Positions 26,249 through 36,702 of a stretch of DNA of 64,000 bases are shown here, one piece after another. Below the pieces are notes generated by a model. It saw only the letters and a program-made list of their open reading frames with translations, was not told the DNA's origin and did no database searches. Position 1 is the first letter of the stretch; every line of letters starts with the position of its first letter. A program made the position numbers and the translations under genes. This stretch comes from an uncultured Nitrospiraceae bacterium (lineage in GTDB: Bacteria; Nitrospirota; Nitrospiria; Nitrospirales; Nitrospiraceae), in the NCBI GenBank assembly GCA_963706325.1, contig CAVPLT010000004.1, positions 832,001-896,000 of the forward strand, written 5' to 3'.

Positions 26249-27391
26249 TTAGAAGGTCAAGGCTATGGAGCCGGATGCCAGGGCAGCTTGGTCTCTGAAA
26301 TCATATCCGCCGGCGATGTCGATCCGCAAGTCTAGGATACGTAAACCGAATCCCGCCGTGGGAATAAATGGGGTCTTAGCGTCCTGCATATTTTTAAACG
26401 CGCCGAGCCTGAATGACAGGAGTTCCGAAAGAATGGTCTGCTCGGCACCGAGGCTCAAGAGCTGGCTGTAGAGGTCGGGGGTGAGCGTATTGTTCTTCGT
26501 GATGTCCACATCTGCAGTCAACGTCAATGAATTGTACGGATTGACGGCTAAGCCGGTTCTTATCTGAGGCAGCAGCTTGAATTGATCCCCGTTCGGGGCA
26601 TCAAAGGTCGGCGCGGTGATGTCCTTGGCGACAATACCCATCCGAAGCCAGGAGGCGGGCCGGAACATCGCTCCTAGGTCGAGACCGAGTGCCGTTGTGA
26701 TCTTAGCGCGGCCGATATCTTTGAAGATCCGAATGTCGTCGCTGGCTCCTTGAATGTCGGTGGCGCCCGTATAGGCTGCGCCTTGAATGATTTTCCCGGA
26801 GACGCCGATCGAAAATATGCGATCCATGAACGCGTAGGCGTAAGACAGGACGGCTTGCCGGGCTTCCAGTCCGTTCATGGAAAATTGTCCGTTGACCGTC
26901 AGATTGCTGCCGTTATTGGTGAAACCGACCGGACTGCGCAGGAAGCCGCCGCCCGTGGCAACGTCGGAAATGTTGAATCCAAGCGCGTGTTCCCCGAAGT
27001 TGCCCTTGATGTAGAATCCTCCGGAAGCGGTCGCCGTTAAATTGGTGCCCGGTTGGTTGATACGGTTCACGAACTGCTGAAGGCGGGCGACGTTGGCAGG
27101 CGACGTATCGTTCAAATTGATGGAATTGATGTCCTTGATCGAATCGAAGACGTCGCCGCGGTCGATCCCCTGACCGCCACCTTGGATTCGGATATCGAAC
27201 TTTTTACTCATCACCATCCCAGCAGGGTTCCAGTAGGTTGCGAGGGAGTCGGCTGTTGTTGCTACGCCGGCTCCGCCCATACCCATCTGCCGAGATCCAA
27301 CAAACACAAATTCTGCGGCCGCCGCTTGGAACGGCAGGAGGATGGTCAGAAGAACAGCAATGGCCCGGATGCATGACGCTATCTGTTTCAT
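26249..27391 (-). CDS. TraF_2/FadL-like outer-membrane beta-barrel protein
   Basis: Signal peptide; GSRQMGMGGAGVA...ATYWNPAG; C-terminal Phe. Confidence 0.75.
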   Translation of the reverse strand: MKQIASCIRAIAVLLTILLPFQAAAAEFVFVGSRQMGMGGAGVATTADSLATYWNPAGMVMSKKFDIRIQGGGQGIDRGDVFDSIKDINSINLNDTSPANVARLQQFVNRINQPGTNLTATASGGFYIKGNFGEHALGFNISDVATGGGFLRSPVGFTNNGSNLTVNGQFSMNGLEARQAVLSYAYAFMDRIFSIGVSGKIIQGAAYTGATDIQGASDDIRIFKDIGRAKITTALGLDLGAMFRPASWLRMGIVAKDITAPTFDAPNGDQFKLLPQIRTGLAVNPYNSLTLTADVDITKNNTLTPDLYSQLLSLGAEQTILSELLSFRLGAFKNMQDAKTPFIPTAGFGLRILDLRIDIAGGYDFRDQAALASGSIALTF

Positions 27392-27534
27392 AGGATATGG
27401 GAAATTCGCAAATCAGCTCGACGACGGGCCAGTCTACGAAAAGATATGAAAGGCGTCAAGAAATCACGATCATGGCCCTCGCCGCCCCGTCTTTGGAATC
27501 AGATATGGCGTGGACGGCTGCGGTGGAGGTCCGC

Positions 27535-28203
27535 CTACTGAGAGACGATCATGCCGTCCTGCATGGACACGATCCGATCGGCATGCGCAGACAGTTTGTC
27601 ATTGTGAGTCACGATGACGAAGGTGGTTCCACGCGAGCGATTCAGTTGACGAAGCAGGGCAAACAGGGCATCTCCGGTATGGCTATCGAGGTTGCCTGTC
27701 GGCTCGTCGGCTAGGACGAGGTCCGGTTGCTGCATCAGGGCGCGCGCGACGGAAACCCGTTGTTGCTCACCGCCTGACAATTCCCCAGGCTTATGGTGTA
27801 GTCGTTCACCTAAGCCGACTTCGCACAGGAGCTTTGTCGCTTCACCTGCAACGTCCGCGAGATCGCGTTTCTGGATCATGGCCGGAAGACAGGCATTCTC
27901 CAGGGCTGTAAATTCCGGCAGCAGATGGTGAAATTGAAACACGAACCCGACTCGTCTATTTCTAAATTCTGCCTGTTGTTGTTCGGTGAGTTGAAACAGA
28001 TCCTGTCCTTCGAACGACACCGTGCCCTTCGTCGGACGATCTAACGTGCCCAGAATCTGGAGGAGGGTGCTTTTTCCGGCTCCGGAGGCTCCCATGATGG
28101 CAATGAGTTCCCCACGCTGGATCTGGAGATTGATGTTGTTGAGTACCACCAGCTCTCGCCCGCCCATGGGAAATGATTTGTAGAGTCCGACGACGTCAAT
28201 CAT
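27535..28203 (-). CDS. lolD: Lipoprotein-releasing ABC transporter ATP-binding protein
   Basis: [39 protein letters not shown]; follows lolE. Confidence 0.92.
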   Translation of the reverse strand: MIDVVGLYKSFPMGGRELVVLNNINLQIQRGELIAIMGASGAGKSTLLQILGTLDRPTKGTVSFEGQDLFQLTEQQQAEFRNRRVGFVFQFHHLLPEFTALENACLPAMIQKRDLADVAGEATKLLCEVGLGERLHHKPGELSGGEQQRVSVARALMQQPDLVLADEPTGNLDSHTGDALFALLRQLNRSRGTTFVIVTHNDKLSAHADRIVSMQDGMIVSQ

Positions 28204-28272
28204 GCCTTAACGGCGCTCTCTGATGTTGAATGCCACTTGGCAAGTGTCAAAATATCTCGGTACCCGGATTGG

Positions 28273-29550
28273 CTATTCATATCGCAACGCTGCAGCCGGG
28301 TCGAGCTTCGCCGCTTGAAGCGAGGGATAGAGCGTGGCGACAAAGCTGATCACGATGGCTGAGCCTGCCACGAGCAACACATCCGATCCCGTGACGTGGA
28401 CTGGGATGCGGGATATGTAATAGACGGTCGGGTCGAACGTCCAAAACGTCTGGATCAGCCAGAGGAATGCATAGCCGAGCGGGACGCCGATCGCGGCGCC
28501 GGAACAGCCGATGATGAGGCCGTTGAGCATGAAAATACGCATGATGCCCTTGCGGGTCGCTCCCATCGCCTTGAGGATGGCGATCTCGCGCTGCTTTTCC
28601 GTCACGATCATGGTGAGGGTGCTGACGATATTGAACGAGGCCACAATCGTGATCAGCACCAACAACAGGAACATCATGGTCTTCTCAAGTTTCAGCGCCG
28701 AGAACAGATTGCGATTCATCTGCATCCAATCCCTGGCCCAGAAGGAAAAGCCGAGGCTCTGTTCAATCGTGCGGCCGATATCCGCCGCGCGGAACACGTC
28801 GGTCACCTTAACCTCAATACCCGTCACGCTGGCGCCCATATTGAAAAACTTCTGCGCTTCGCCCAGTTCGATATAGGCGAGAGAGGAGTCGTACTCATAC
28901 ATGCCGGACTGAAAGAGGCCGACCACGACGAACTGCCGGATCTTCGGTGTCATGCTGGCACCTGTCACCGGGCCGACCGGGGACACGACATTCAACGTGT
29001 CGCCGGTGAAGACGCCCAGCCGCATCGATAATTCTTTCCCCAGAATAATGCCTGGTCGCATGGCTGTGTCGGGCCCGTTGGGTTCGCGCTCCTTCTCAGG
29101 AATAGTCACCTTAATCGGGCGCGACAATTCATCGAGGTTTCCGCCCAGGAGGTTGTGCGCCAGTTCCGTGACGGTGCCTTCGCGCGCCGGATCGATTCCC
29201 CGGAGAATGATGCCCTGGACGCCCGATGGTGAGGTCAGGAGGACTTGGCGGAAAATGAACGGGGTAGCAGCGAGCACATCCGGGACGGCCGCGACCTTCT
29301 TCACCTGCTCCTCGTAGTCGACCATCGACTCTTTCATACGGTCATTCACCAAGATGTGCGCCGTGGTGCCGAGAATCTTGGCCTGAATATCTTCCTTGAA
29401 CCCGGTCATGATGCCGACTGTGCCGATTAATGCCGCGACGCCGAGCGTGATCCCAGCGATGGAGACAATTGTATTGAAAGAAATGGTGCGGTTGCGGCGT
29501 TTCGCGCGCAGGTAGCGCAGTCCGATAAAGATCTCGTAGGGAAGCGCCAT
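28273..29550 (-). CDS. lolE: Lipoprotein-releasing ABC transporter permease LolC/E
   Basis: MALPYEIFIGLRYLRAKR, EKQREIAILKAMGA, PAAALRYE. Confidence 0.9.
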   Translation of the reverse strand: MALPYEIFIGLRYLRAKRRNRTISFNTIVSIAGITLGVAALIGTVGIMTGFKEDIQAKILGTTAHILVNDRMKESMVDYEEQVKKVAAVPDVLAATPFIFRQVLLTSPSGVQGIILRGIDPAREGTVTELAHNLLGGNLDELSRPIKVTIPEKEREPNGPDTAMRPGIILGKELSMRLGVFTGDTLNVVSPVGPVTGASMTPKIRQFVVVGLFQSGMYEYDSSLAYIELGEAQKFFNMGASVTGIEVKVTDVFRAADIGRTIEQSLGFSFWARDWMQMNRNLFSALKLEKTMMFLLLVLITIVASFNIVSTLTMIVTEKQREIAILKAMGATRKGIMRIFMLNGLIIGCSGAAIGVPLGYAFLWLIQTFWTFDPTVYYISRIPVHVTGSDVLLVAGSAIVISFVATLYPSLQAAKLDPAAALRYE

Positions 29551-29568
29551 GTCTACTTTTCCGGCCTG

Positions 29569-29694
29569 CCAGGCTGTTGAAACACGCCTCCGGCTTTGTT
29601 CTCGCATCGCTCAAAGCCTCGACGTAGCACAGTGAGTACGCCTCGGCTTCTCGCTCGCTGCGGCCTCGCCGAGAGGCGCGTTTGAACAACCTGG
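29569..29694. mobile_element. ~126-bp MITE-like palindromic element, copy B (lysS-lolE gap)
   Basis: Ends CCAGGCTGTTGAAAC ... GTTTGAACAACCTGG; shares GCTTTGTTCTCGC, CTCGACGTA, GAGTACGCCTC and GCTGCGGCC with copy A. Confidence 0.72.
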
Positions 29695-29719
29695 AGTAGG
29701 AGTAAGGTGTGCTGTTGTG

Positions 29720-31201
29720 TCATTTTTCCGGCCTGAGCTGGGGGAAGAGGATGACATCTCGTATGGAAGCTTGATTGGTGAAAAGCATGACCAGGCGATC
29801 GATGCCGATGCCTTCGCCGGCGGTCGGCGGCATGCCATATTCGAGGGCGCGAAGAAAATCCTCGTCGATTCGATGGGCTTCTTCGTCACCGGCTTCATGC
29901 TGGGCGGCCTGGGCTTCGAAGCGCTCACGTTGATCGAGAGGATCATTCAACTCCGAGAAGGCGTTGGCGATTTCGCGGCCCGCGATATAGAGCTCGAAGC
30001 GATCGGTGAGCGAGGGATCCGTGTCCTTCCTGCGCGCCAGCGGCGAAATCTCAATCGGGTAGTCCGTGATGAAGGTTGGCTGCTGCAGACCCGGCTCGAC
30101 CGTTTCCTCAAAGATATTGTTCAGAATACTGACCAAGGACTCTGTGGGAGAGACTTCGACGCCCAAGCGTTGCGCGGCTGCCAGAGCCTCGTCGCGATTC
30201 TTGAGGACAGAGGGAGGCAAATGGTTCACCTCCAGAATCGCTTGATGATAAGACCAACAGCGCCAGGGCGAGGCGAGGTTGATCTGCGTGCCCTGATAGT
30301 CGATGGTCGTCGTGCCAAGGATGTCTTGCGCCAGCCGGGAGACGAGGGCTTCCGTTAGTCGGATCAAGTCCTGGTAGTCGGCATAGGAGACGTAAAACTC
30401 CAGCATGGTGAACTCGGGATTGTGAATCGTCGAGATCCCCTCGTTCCGGAAGTTGCGGTTGATCTCGAACACCCGCGGAAAGCCGCCGACGATCAGCCGC
30501 TTCAGATACAATTCCGGCGCGATGCGAAGATAGAGGTCTGTCCCCAATGCGTTGTGATGGGTGACAAAGGGCTTGGCGGCCGCCCCGCCGGGAATGGGAT
30601 GCATCATTGGCGTTTCCACTTCCAAGAATCCGCGCTCGATCAGAAACGCGCGAATACCTGAAATGATGCGACTGCGTAATGCGAAGATCTGATGGACCTG
30701 GGGATTGGCGATCAGATCGACGTACCGCTGCCGGTACCGAGTCTCGACGTCGGTGAGACCGTGCCACTTTTCCGGCAAGGGACGAAGCGCTTTGCTGAGA
30801 AAGGTGAGGGTCTTGACCTCCACCGTAAACTCGTTGGTCTTCGTGCGAAACAAGACGCCGGTGACCCCGATCCAGTCTCCCAGATCCAGCCCTTCTGAAA
30901 TGTGGTGGGCTTGTTCACCCAGCGTATCTTTCTTGAGATACACCTGCAGCCGGTCCGATCCGTCTTGCAGGACCGCGAAGGCCGCCTTGCCGAACCGCCG
31001 GAGTCCGACCACGCGCCCGGCAATCGTACAGCTGATCTGTTCCTGCTCGAGCACCTCTTTGGATTTGTCGCCGTGTAGTTTGACGAGTTCGCCGGCGTGA
31101 TCTTTGACCTCAAAGCGCGTGCCGTAGGGCTGCACGCCGAGCTGCCGGAGCTGATCGAGTTTCTTGATGCGTTGTTGGCGCTGATCGTTGATTTCATCCA
31201 T
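29720..31201 (-). CDS. lysS: Lysine--tRNA ligase (class II)
   Basis: RYRQRYVDLI, LRIAPELYLKRL, RNFRNEG, YGMPPTAGEGIGIDRL. Confidence 0.98.
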   Translation of the reverse strand: MDEINDQRQQRIKKLDQLRQLGVQPYGTRFEVKDHAGELVKLHGDKSKEVLEQEQISCTIAGRVVGLRRFGKAAFAVLQDGSDRLQVYLKKDTLGEQAHHISEGLDLGDWIGVTGVLFRTKTNEFTVEVKTLTFLSKALRPLPEKWHGLTDVETRYRQRYVDLIANPQVHQIFALRSRIISGIRAFLIERGFLEVETPMMHPIPGGAAAKPFVTHHNALGTDLYLRIAPELYLKRLIVGGFPRVFEINRNFRNEGISTIHNPEFTMLEFYVSYADYQDLIRLTEALVSRLAQDILGTTTIDYQGTQINLASPWRCWSYHQAILEVNHLPPSVLKNRDEALAAAQRLGVEVSPTESLVSILNNIFEETVEPGLQQPTFITDYPIEISPLARRKDTDPSLTDRFELYIAGREIANAFSELNDPLDQRERFEAQAAQHEAGDEEAHRIDEDFLRALEYGMPPTAGEGIGIDRLVMLFTNQASIRDVILFPQLRPEK

Positions 31202-31208
31202 CGGTATA

Positions 31209-31280
31209 GTCGTTCGTCCCTCGTCGTTCAGGCTCCCGTCACTCGCACGACGCTTTACGAGATTCGCTTCGCGTGTCGTG
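31209..31280. repeat. Heptamer-period intergenic repeat
   Basis: CGCACGA CGCTTTA CGAGATT CGCTTCG CG; related to the 18615 repeat. Confidence 0.45.
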
Positions 31281-31288
31281 TCTTGCGG

Positions 31289-32432
31289 CTAGAGGTCGTC
31301 GTCCTTCATGGCCACCGGTTCCGGGGCCTTGCCGCCCGTCAGCTTTTTCTGGAGATAGGCCTGGATGAAACCGTCGAGTTCACCATCCATGACGGCAGAG
31401 ACCTGACCGACCTCGTAGCCTGTCCGGTGATCTTTGACCATCTGATAGGGCTGGAATACGTATGAACGGATCTGGCTGCCCCAGGCAATGTCTTTTTTCT
31501 CGCCGACGATGGCATTGAATTCGGCTTCTTTCTTGCGCTGCTCCACTTCGAACAAACGGGCCTTCAAAATCTTCATCGCCCCATTGCGATTCTGCAGTTG
31601 GGACCGTTCGTTCTGGCATTGCACCACGATGTTCGTGGGAATGTGGGTGATACGAATGGCGGTCTCAACCTTATTCACGTTCTGACCGCCGGCGCCGCCG
31701 GCCCGAAACGTGTCGATCCTGAGGTCTTTATCATCGATTACTACCTGGACATCATCGTCGAGTTCGGGATACACGAAAACCGACGCAAACGAGGTATGAC
31801 GCCGTTTGTTTGCATCGAAAGGGGAGATGCGCACCAGACGGTGCACCCCGGCCTCGGCCTTGAGGTAGCCGTAGGCATAGGGGCCGGTCACGGACAGGGT
31901 GGCGCTTTTGATCCCGGCCTCGTCTCCTGCGAGCAGGTCTAGCGTTTCAACCTTAAAGCCCTTTCGCTCGGCCCACCGCACATACATGCGGAGGAGCATC
32001 TGTGCCCAGTCTTGCGACTCCGTTCCACCGGCGCCCGGATGAATCGCAAAGATCGCATTGCTGGAATCCAACTCACCAGATAACAGCAGCTCGATGCGGA
32101 ACTGAGCGACGGCCTTCTCAAATTGGCTGAGTTCGTCGATGAGTTCCCCTTCCAGTCCCGGGTCACCTGTTTCCGTCGCCAGTTCGAGCATCGCTTCAAT
32201 GTCGCTCTGCCGACGCTCGGTCTCTCGCCAGCGACTCAACTCTCGATCGAGGGTTGCTTTGCGGCGATTGACCTTGGCGGCAGCCTGGGTGTCTTTCCAG
32301 AAGTCCGGTTGGGCGGTCTTGGCGTCGATGTCGTTGAGTTCAGCAGTCATCCGAGCCAGGTCAAAGATGCCCCCGTAAGTGAGCTAACTGCTCCCCGAGA
32401 GTGCGAACACGGGTCGGGACATCTTCGAACAT
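31289..32432 (-). CDS. prfB: Peptide chain release factor 2, with programmed +1 frameshift
   Basis: ATG 32432 gives [23 protein letters not shown], then CTT TGA C (32366-32360) preceded by SD-like CGGGGG; the +1 frame has SPF and GGQ motifs. Confidence 0.97.
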
Positions 32433-32451
32433 GGCACGTTCCTTTCTTGGA

Positions 32452-34086
32452 TCAGGCTGGTCGACCGGCCGGCTCGCCACCGGCTGGTTCTGTGTCGTGT
32501 GAGAAATAGCCCGTCAGGCACAAAAGCGCGGTGAGTATAACACAGGCATATGCAAAGAGATCACCGTATTGCGCGTAAAAGGTCTGTTGATGGCCGATGC
32601 TGATCGTCGCCTTCATGGCCTCTTGGGTGAAGATCGAAGACTGTTGCGCAATGTGCCCATAGGGGTCGATGAAGCCGGAGATGCCTGTGTTCGCCGCCCG
32701 CGCGAAGGCGACGCGATTTTCCACCGCGCGAAAGACCACCATGCCGAAATGCTGATAGGGCGCTGACGAAGGACCGAACCAGGCATCGTTAGTAATCGTA
32801 ATCATGAATTCTGCGCCGTTCGCCGCAAATTGCCGCACGAGGTTGGGGAAAATGACTTCATAGCAGATCACGACACCGAATTTTAGGTGGAAATCCGTGG
32901 CTGTGGATCCCGCCGCCATCGGGGGCACCTTCTCCTGCGGTTTGAACATCAACAACGTCGACCCCGGACCGGCCTCAAAATCGCCGATCCCATCCACCAG
33001 TTTGTCCAGGAAGAACAGCAAGGAGTGGTGGAACGGAATGTATTCGCCGAAGGGGACGAGATGTTGTTTGTCATAGCGGCCGAGAATCTGTCCATCCGTC
33101 GCGAGCAGATAGGCGCTGTTGAGCAAAAACGGGCGGCCGTCGGGATATCGTCGTAAGGCGGGACTGCCGAAGAGCAACGGCGCGCCGGCTCTGCGCGCCA
33201 TGTCGATCACGATGGCCCGATACTGCGGTTCCATTTCAAAGACGAAGGGGGTGGCAGCTTCCGGCCAGACAATGAGATCGAGGTCCTCACCCAATCCGGC
33301 GGTGAGACGATCATACCGCGCCATGGTTTCCTGCCGAAACGCGACATCCCATTTTTGGGCCTGTTCGACGTTCGGTTGCACGACACCCACGGAGAGCGTG
33401 CGCGTGGGCGTGTGCTCTGCGGCGGTCAGCAGCGTGGTGCCGTACAGCAGGGCCACGCCGAATCCAGATGCAGCGGCGACGGTGGAAGGCCAAGGAAAGG
33501 CACGAATTTGAAACCCTCGATAGGCTTTGAAGCCCCAGATGATCGTTTCCGCGAGCGCCGCATTCACCAGCACCAACAGGAAGGAGACGCCATAGACGCC
33601 AAAATGATCGGCCAGTTGAATGATCGGGAGCCACTGATACTGGGAATATCCAAAGAGCGCCCATGGCAGGCCGGAGAGAAAGTAGGTACGAATCAATTCC
33701 AGAGTGACCCAGAGAAAGGGGGCGGGCAAAAAGCCTAATGTCGGGAACACCGTTCTGATCCAGGAGAGTCCGCCGGCATAGATGGCCACATAGAGACCGA
33801 GATAGACCGTCAGCAATAACATGACCAATGCCGCGATCGGGAGCGGCACCTTCCCGTACATGTTCATCGCGGTGATGACCCAGAACATGGAGCCGGTAAA
33901 GGCGAGCGTGCCGGCGAGCCATCCAAATCGAAAAGCACGGCCTGGCGACACATATTCGACCGCAACATGAAGGGGTACCAGCGCGAACCAGGCGAGTACA
34001 CCAAGGTCGAAGGCTGGGAATGAGAGTGGATAGAGGAAACCGCTCGCGCAGGCAAGCAGGATGAGGCGTGCGCGGGAAATGGTCAT
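32452..34086 (-). CDS. lnt: Apolipoprotein N-acyltransferase
   Basis: QPN, WPE, YDKQHLVPFGEY, ICYE, TNDAWFG, RAANTGIS. Confidence 0.96.
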   Translation of the reverse strand: MTISRARLILLACASGFLYPLSFPAFDLGVLAWFALVPLHVAVEYVSPGRAFRFGWLAGTLAFTGSMFWVITAMNMYGKVPLPIAALVMLLLTVYLGLYVAIYAGGLSWIRTVFPTLGFLPAPFLWVTLELIRTYFLSGLPWALFGYSQYQWLPIIQLADHFGVYGVSFLLVLVNAALAETIIWGFKAYRGFQIRAFPWPSTVAAASGFGVALLYGTTLLTAAEHTPTRTLSVGVVQPNVEQAQKWDVAFRQETMARYDRLTAGLGEDLDLIVWPEAATPFVFEMEPQYRAIVIDMARRAGAPLLFGSPALRRYPDGRPFLLNSAYLLATDGQILGRYDKQHLVPFGEYIPFHHSLLFFLDKLVDGIGDFEAGPGSTLLMFKPQEKVPPMAAGSTATDFHLKFGVVICYEVIFPNLVRQFAANGAEFMITITNDAWFGPSSAPYQHFGMVVFRAVENRVAFARAANTGISGFIDPYGHIAQQSSIFTQEAMKATISIGHQQTFYAQYGDLFAYACVILTALLCLTGYFSHDTEPAGGEPAGRPA

Positions 34087-34215
34087 TGCGCGTAACTTAA
34101 CGAAAGTTCGGAAGAGATTCAACCGTACTGTTTGTCACGATCGCGATGCAGGCAGAAAATAATCACCCAGTCTTTGAATGAGCCGAGTGGAGCAACTCGT
34201 CAGTGCCAGGCTCAA

Positions 34216-34611
34216 CTATCGTCTAAGCCTCCCGCTGAACGAGTGGCCCCCGCCAGAACCGGAGGACACAGGGGCTTGTGGCTGAGGGGTGGCCATTCCT
34301 CTCGGTTGGATAGGCAACAGGGGTGCGGGCGTCAGGAAGCTTGGGGGAGTCGGCGTTCCGAAAGCGGTGGCTGGACCGGACAGGGCGCCGGGAGGTGAGC
34401 TCGATGTGTGTGAAGGAAGGTTGGCCCCTTGGTGACTGACCCCTTTGTGACCGTGAGCATCCGAATAGATCGCTTCATGCCTACCCAAAGGCGCCAGCAT
34501 GCCATGTATACCGGCATGCTGTTGGATGATCGAAGGTTCTGCATAGACTGGTGTAAATTCGATGACGAACAAGACTGCAGAGAGGACGAGTAGGAAGCCG
34601 ATGTATTTCAT
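34216..34611 (-). CDS. Hypothetical secreted Pro/Ser-rich protein
   Basis: Signal peptide ending VYA; low-complexity C-terminus. Confidence 0.6.
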   Translation of the reverse strand: MKYIGFLLVLSAVLFVIEFTPVYAEPSIIQQHAGIHGMLAPLGRHEAIYSDAHGHKGVSHQGANLPSHTSSSPPGALSGPATAFGTPTPPSFLTPAPLLPIQPRGMATPQPQAPVSSGSGGGHSFSGRLRR

Positions 34612-34748
34612 GGCGTGTCTCTTGAGAGTGAAAATGACAGGCTATTTCCATCCTACCAACACTTCGTATCAGAACGGGATCGGCATTCTCATTCCGTTTT
34701 GAATAGCCGATCGGCTGCAACCCGCGCCCTCACTTGACTCTTCCCATA

Positions 34749-34777
34749 TTGACCGAGTTTTGAGCGAAGCGTAGACT
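34749..34777 (+). promoter_or_regulatory. Sigma70-like promoter
   Basis: TTGACC-17 nt-TAGACT. Confidence 0.5.
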
Positions 34778-35199
34778 GTACCTACGACTCGATACCACCC
34801 TTCATGGAGGTGGTCGCATGGTCTTCCGTGGCGAATATGGCCGCCGCTCGGGCCACGCCAGTCTTGTCTCTTCCACCTTCACATCTCAGCAGTCTCAGTG
34901 CCTGCTCGAGCAGGACCCACGCGGGATTGCCTCCTATCTCGTAGCACAGCGGAACGGTCCCGCTAGAAATCACACCTGCGCGCGCTTATCTATTAGGGAC
35001 GGACCTTTCACGCAGGACAATCAACCTCGGTCCGTTCTCCCCCGATCCTCATATCACCGCTGTCTGGTCCACCCTACTCTACAGGAGGACACCTCTATGA
35101 GAAAACGACAGGAAGGCTGTGTGCATCGGACTCAGGCGCGACGGCAGCCTGCCTGTTTGCCACGCGTCGAATTTTACCCGAGGCAGGGAGGAGGGCATC

Positions 35200-36147
35200 A
35201 TGGGACGGAAATTTGACCATGTTGATGTCATGGCGGCTATCGGATTGGTCGCCACGCTGTTTGGAGGGTATCTCTTCGTCACTGCCGCCGACGGATTCTG
35301 GCAGGCGCCTTCAATCAACACCATGACCACTGCCGTAGTCAGTAATGGCCCATCCACCGGAATGGAGTACTTACAACCGGTACTGGGGCAGACCATTCTT
35401 CAGGATATTCTGCTCGACCGTCATGCTGGTGCGGCAGTATCAACCTCCGCGATGGAATTGAATGACGCTGTCAGTGAGTATCAACGAATATCTACCACCC
35501 TCTTGAGTCCGCTGGTATTGGCGGAGTTGGCGGCGTTCGGCCAGGAAGCCGACCATCGTTCGCGCCTGCAGTTCGTGATGGGCAAGTCCATCGTCAATCA
35601 GACTCGTCGCGGCATCACGAGCGGGATCCTCTCGGCCGACCAATACGCGAACGACTTCAACACCAGGCTGATTCGGACGGCTGAGCTCACAGGGCAGCGC
35701 ATGCATGATCAGTACGAAGTCACACGACAGGCGGCGCTTGGTCGATCGATCGTCGAGGCGATCCAGGAAGAAAATCGATTGGCGACGACGACGCAGGAGC
35801 GGATCGGCCGGGCGGTCATGCAGGTCACTCAGGCGCAGGGGTTCTATGGAGAAGCTAAAGCCGCATTGCAGACTCAACTCGCAAGCGCAGCCATTGCGGC
35901 TGTGCGTAGTCATGCGGTGATGGATCGGTTGGCCCTGTCGGAGGAGATGCCGATTGAACGGAGCATGGTTGCGTATCACACGAATGCTTCCGCAGACGTC
36001 TCTCGTGAGTCATTGATCCTCGCTTGTCTGGCACTGATCGCCCTCTTCGTCGGCGGTCTGGCGTTCGGTACCAGAAGAAGCGATGTTGAGAGTATTCCGA
36101 TATGGAAATTGGAAACACTCCTGCAGCTACATCGTTCCAGTAGATAA
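35200..36147 (+). CDS. Hypothetical membrane protein (N- and C-terminal TM, helical periplasmic region)
   Basis: GGAGG RBS; two hydrophobic segments; internal LG(Q/K/R)(T/S)I repeats. Confidence 0.7.
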   Translation: MGRKFDHVDVMAAIGLVATLFGGYLFVTAADGFWQAPSINTMTTAVVSNGPSTGMEYLQPVLGQTILQDILLDRHAGAAVSTSAMELNDAVSEYQRISTTLLSPLVLAELAAFGQEADHRSRLQFVMGKSIVNQTRRGITSGILSADQYANDFNTRLIRTAELTGQRMHDQYEVTRQAALGRSIVEAIQEENRLATTTQERIGRAVMQVTQAQGFYGEAKAALQTQLASAAIAAVRSHAVMDRLALSEEMPIERSMVAYHTNASADVSRESLILACLALIALFVGGLAFGTRRSDVESIPIWKLETLLQLHRSSR

Positions 36148-36198
36148 TCGTGCACCCTGGGAGCCGTCGGCTCCCAGGGGTGTCAGAGGAGGTCAATC

Positions 36199-36321
36199 AT
36201 GTCTTGGGAAAACTGGGCCGTGGCAATCGGGCTCGGTGCGCTCCTTATGATGTTCTTCGTCCTGATGGAGCTATTCTTCTCGGGCGGGCGATATCCGATG
36301 GACCATTCGCATCGGAAATAA
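36199..36321 (+). CDS. Small 40-aa single-TM protein
   Basis: AGGAGG RBS; MSWENWAVAIGLGALLMMFFVLMELFFSGGRYPMDHSHRK; below the ORF-track cut-off. Confidence 0.6.
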   Translation: MSWENWAVAIGLGALLMMFFVLMELFFSGGRYPMDHSHRK

Positions 36322-36363
36322 GAGAAGTGGCGGAGTGATTGTGGGCGACTCACGGCCGAAGCT

Positions 36364-36702
36364 TTAATTCAGACAGGACCACAGGCCAGGAAGCATGACC
36401 TTTGCCATCGCTTTGAGTTCGGATTCCGATTGCGGTGGAACGCCGGAAAGAGCAATCCCAAAATCTTTTCCTTTGGCCCATCGTACTGTGCCCCGGCGGA
36501 TTAACATTGGAATATCGGGAGTAGGTTGAATGACGATGACAACCAATTCCATCCCCACACTCACCAGCTCTTGACCTCGAATTCGACCTCCTGATGCGGT
36601 AATATCCTCGGTCACGCCGATCGTCTGAAAGGTCCCATTAGAATAATAAATCGGACATTGAGCCGGAATGCGACGAGGCTCACGTTCACGATAAGCGTTC
36701 AT
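36364..36702 (-). CDS. PilZ-domain protein
   Basis: REREPRR (RxxxR) and DITASGG (D/NxSxxG-like), GTVRW, FGI; start overlaps the vanZ stop. Confidence 0.8.
   Translation of the reverse strand: MNAYREREPRRIPAQCPIYYSNGTFQTIGVTEDITASGGRIRGQELVSVGMELVVIVIQPTPDIPMLIRRGTVRWAKGKDFGIALSGVPPQSESELKAMAKVMLPGLWSCLN

Noticed and set aside
26249..27391. TraF-like gene as evidence of a conjugative element
   Set aside because: No other tra/T4SS, relaxase or integrase gene; it reads as a stand-alone outer-membrane barrel.
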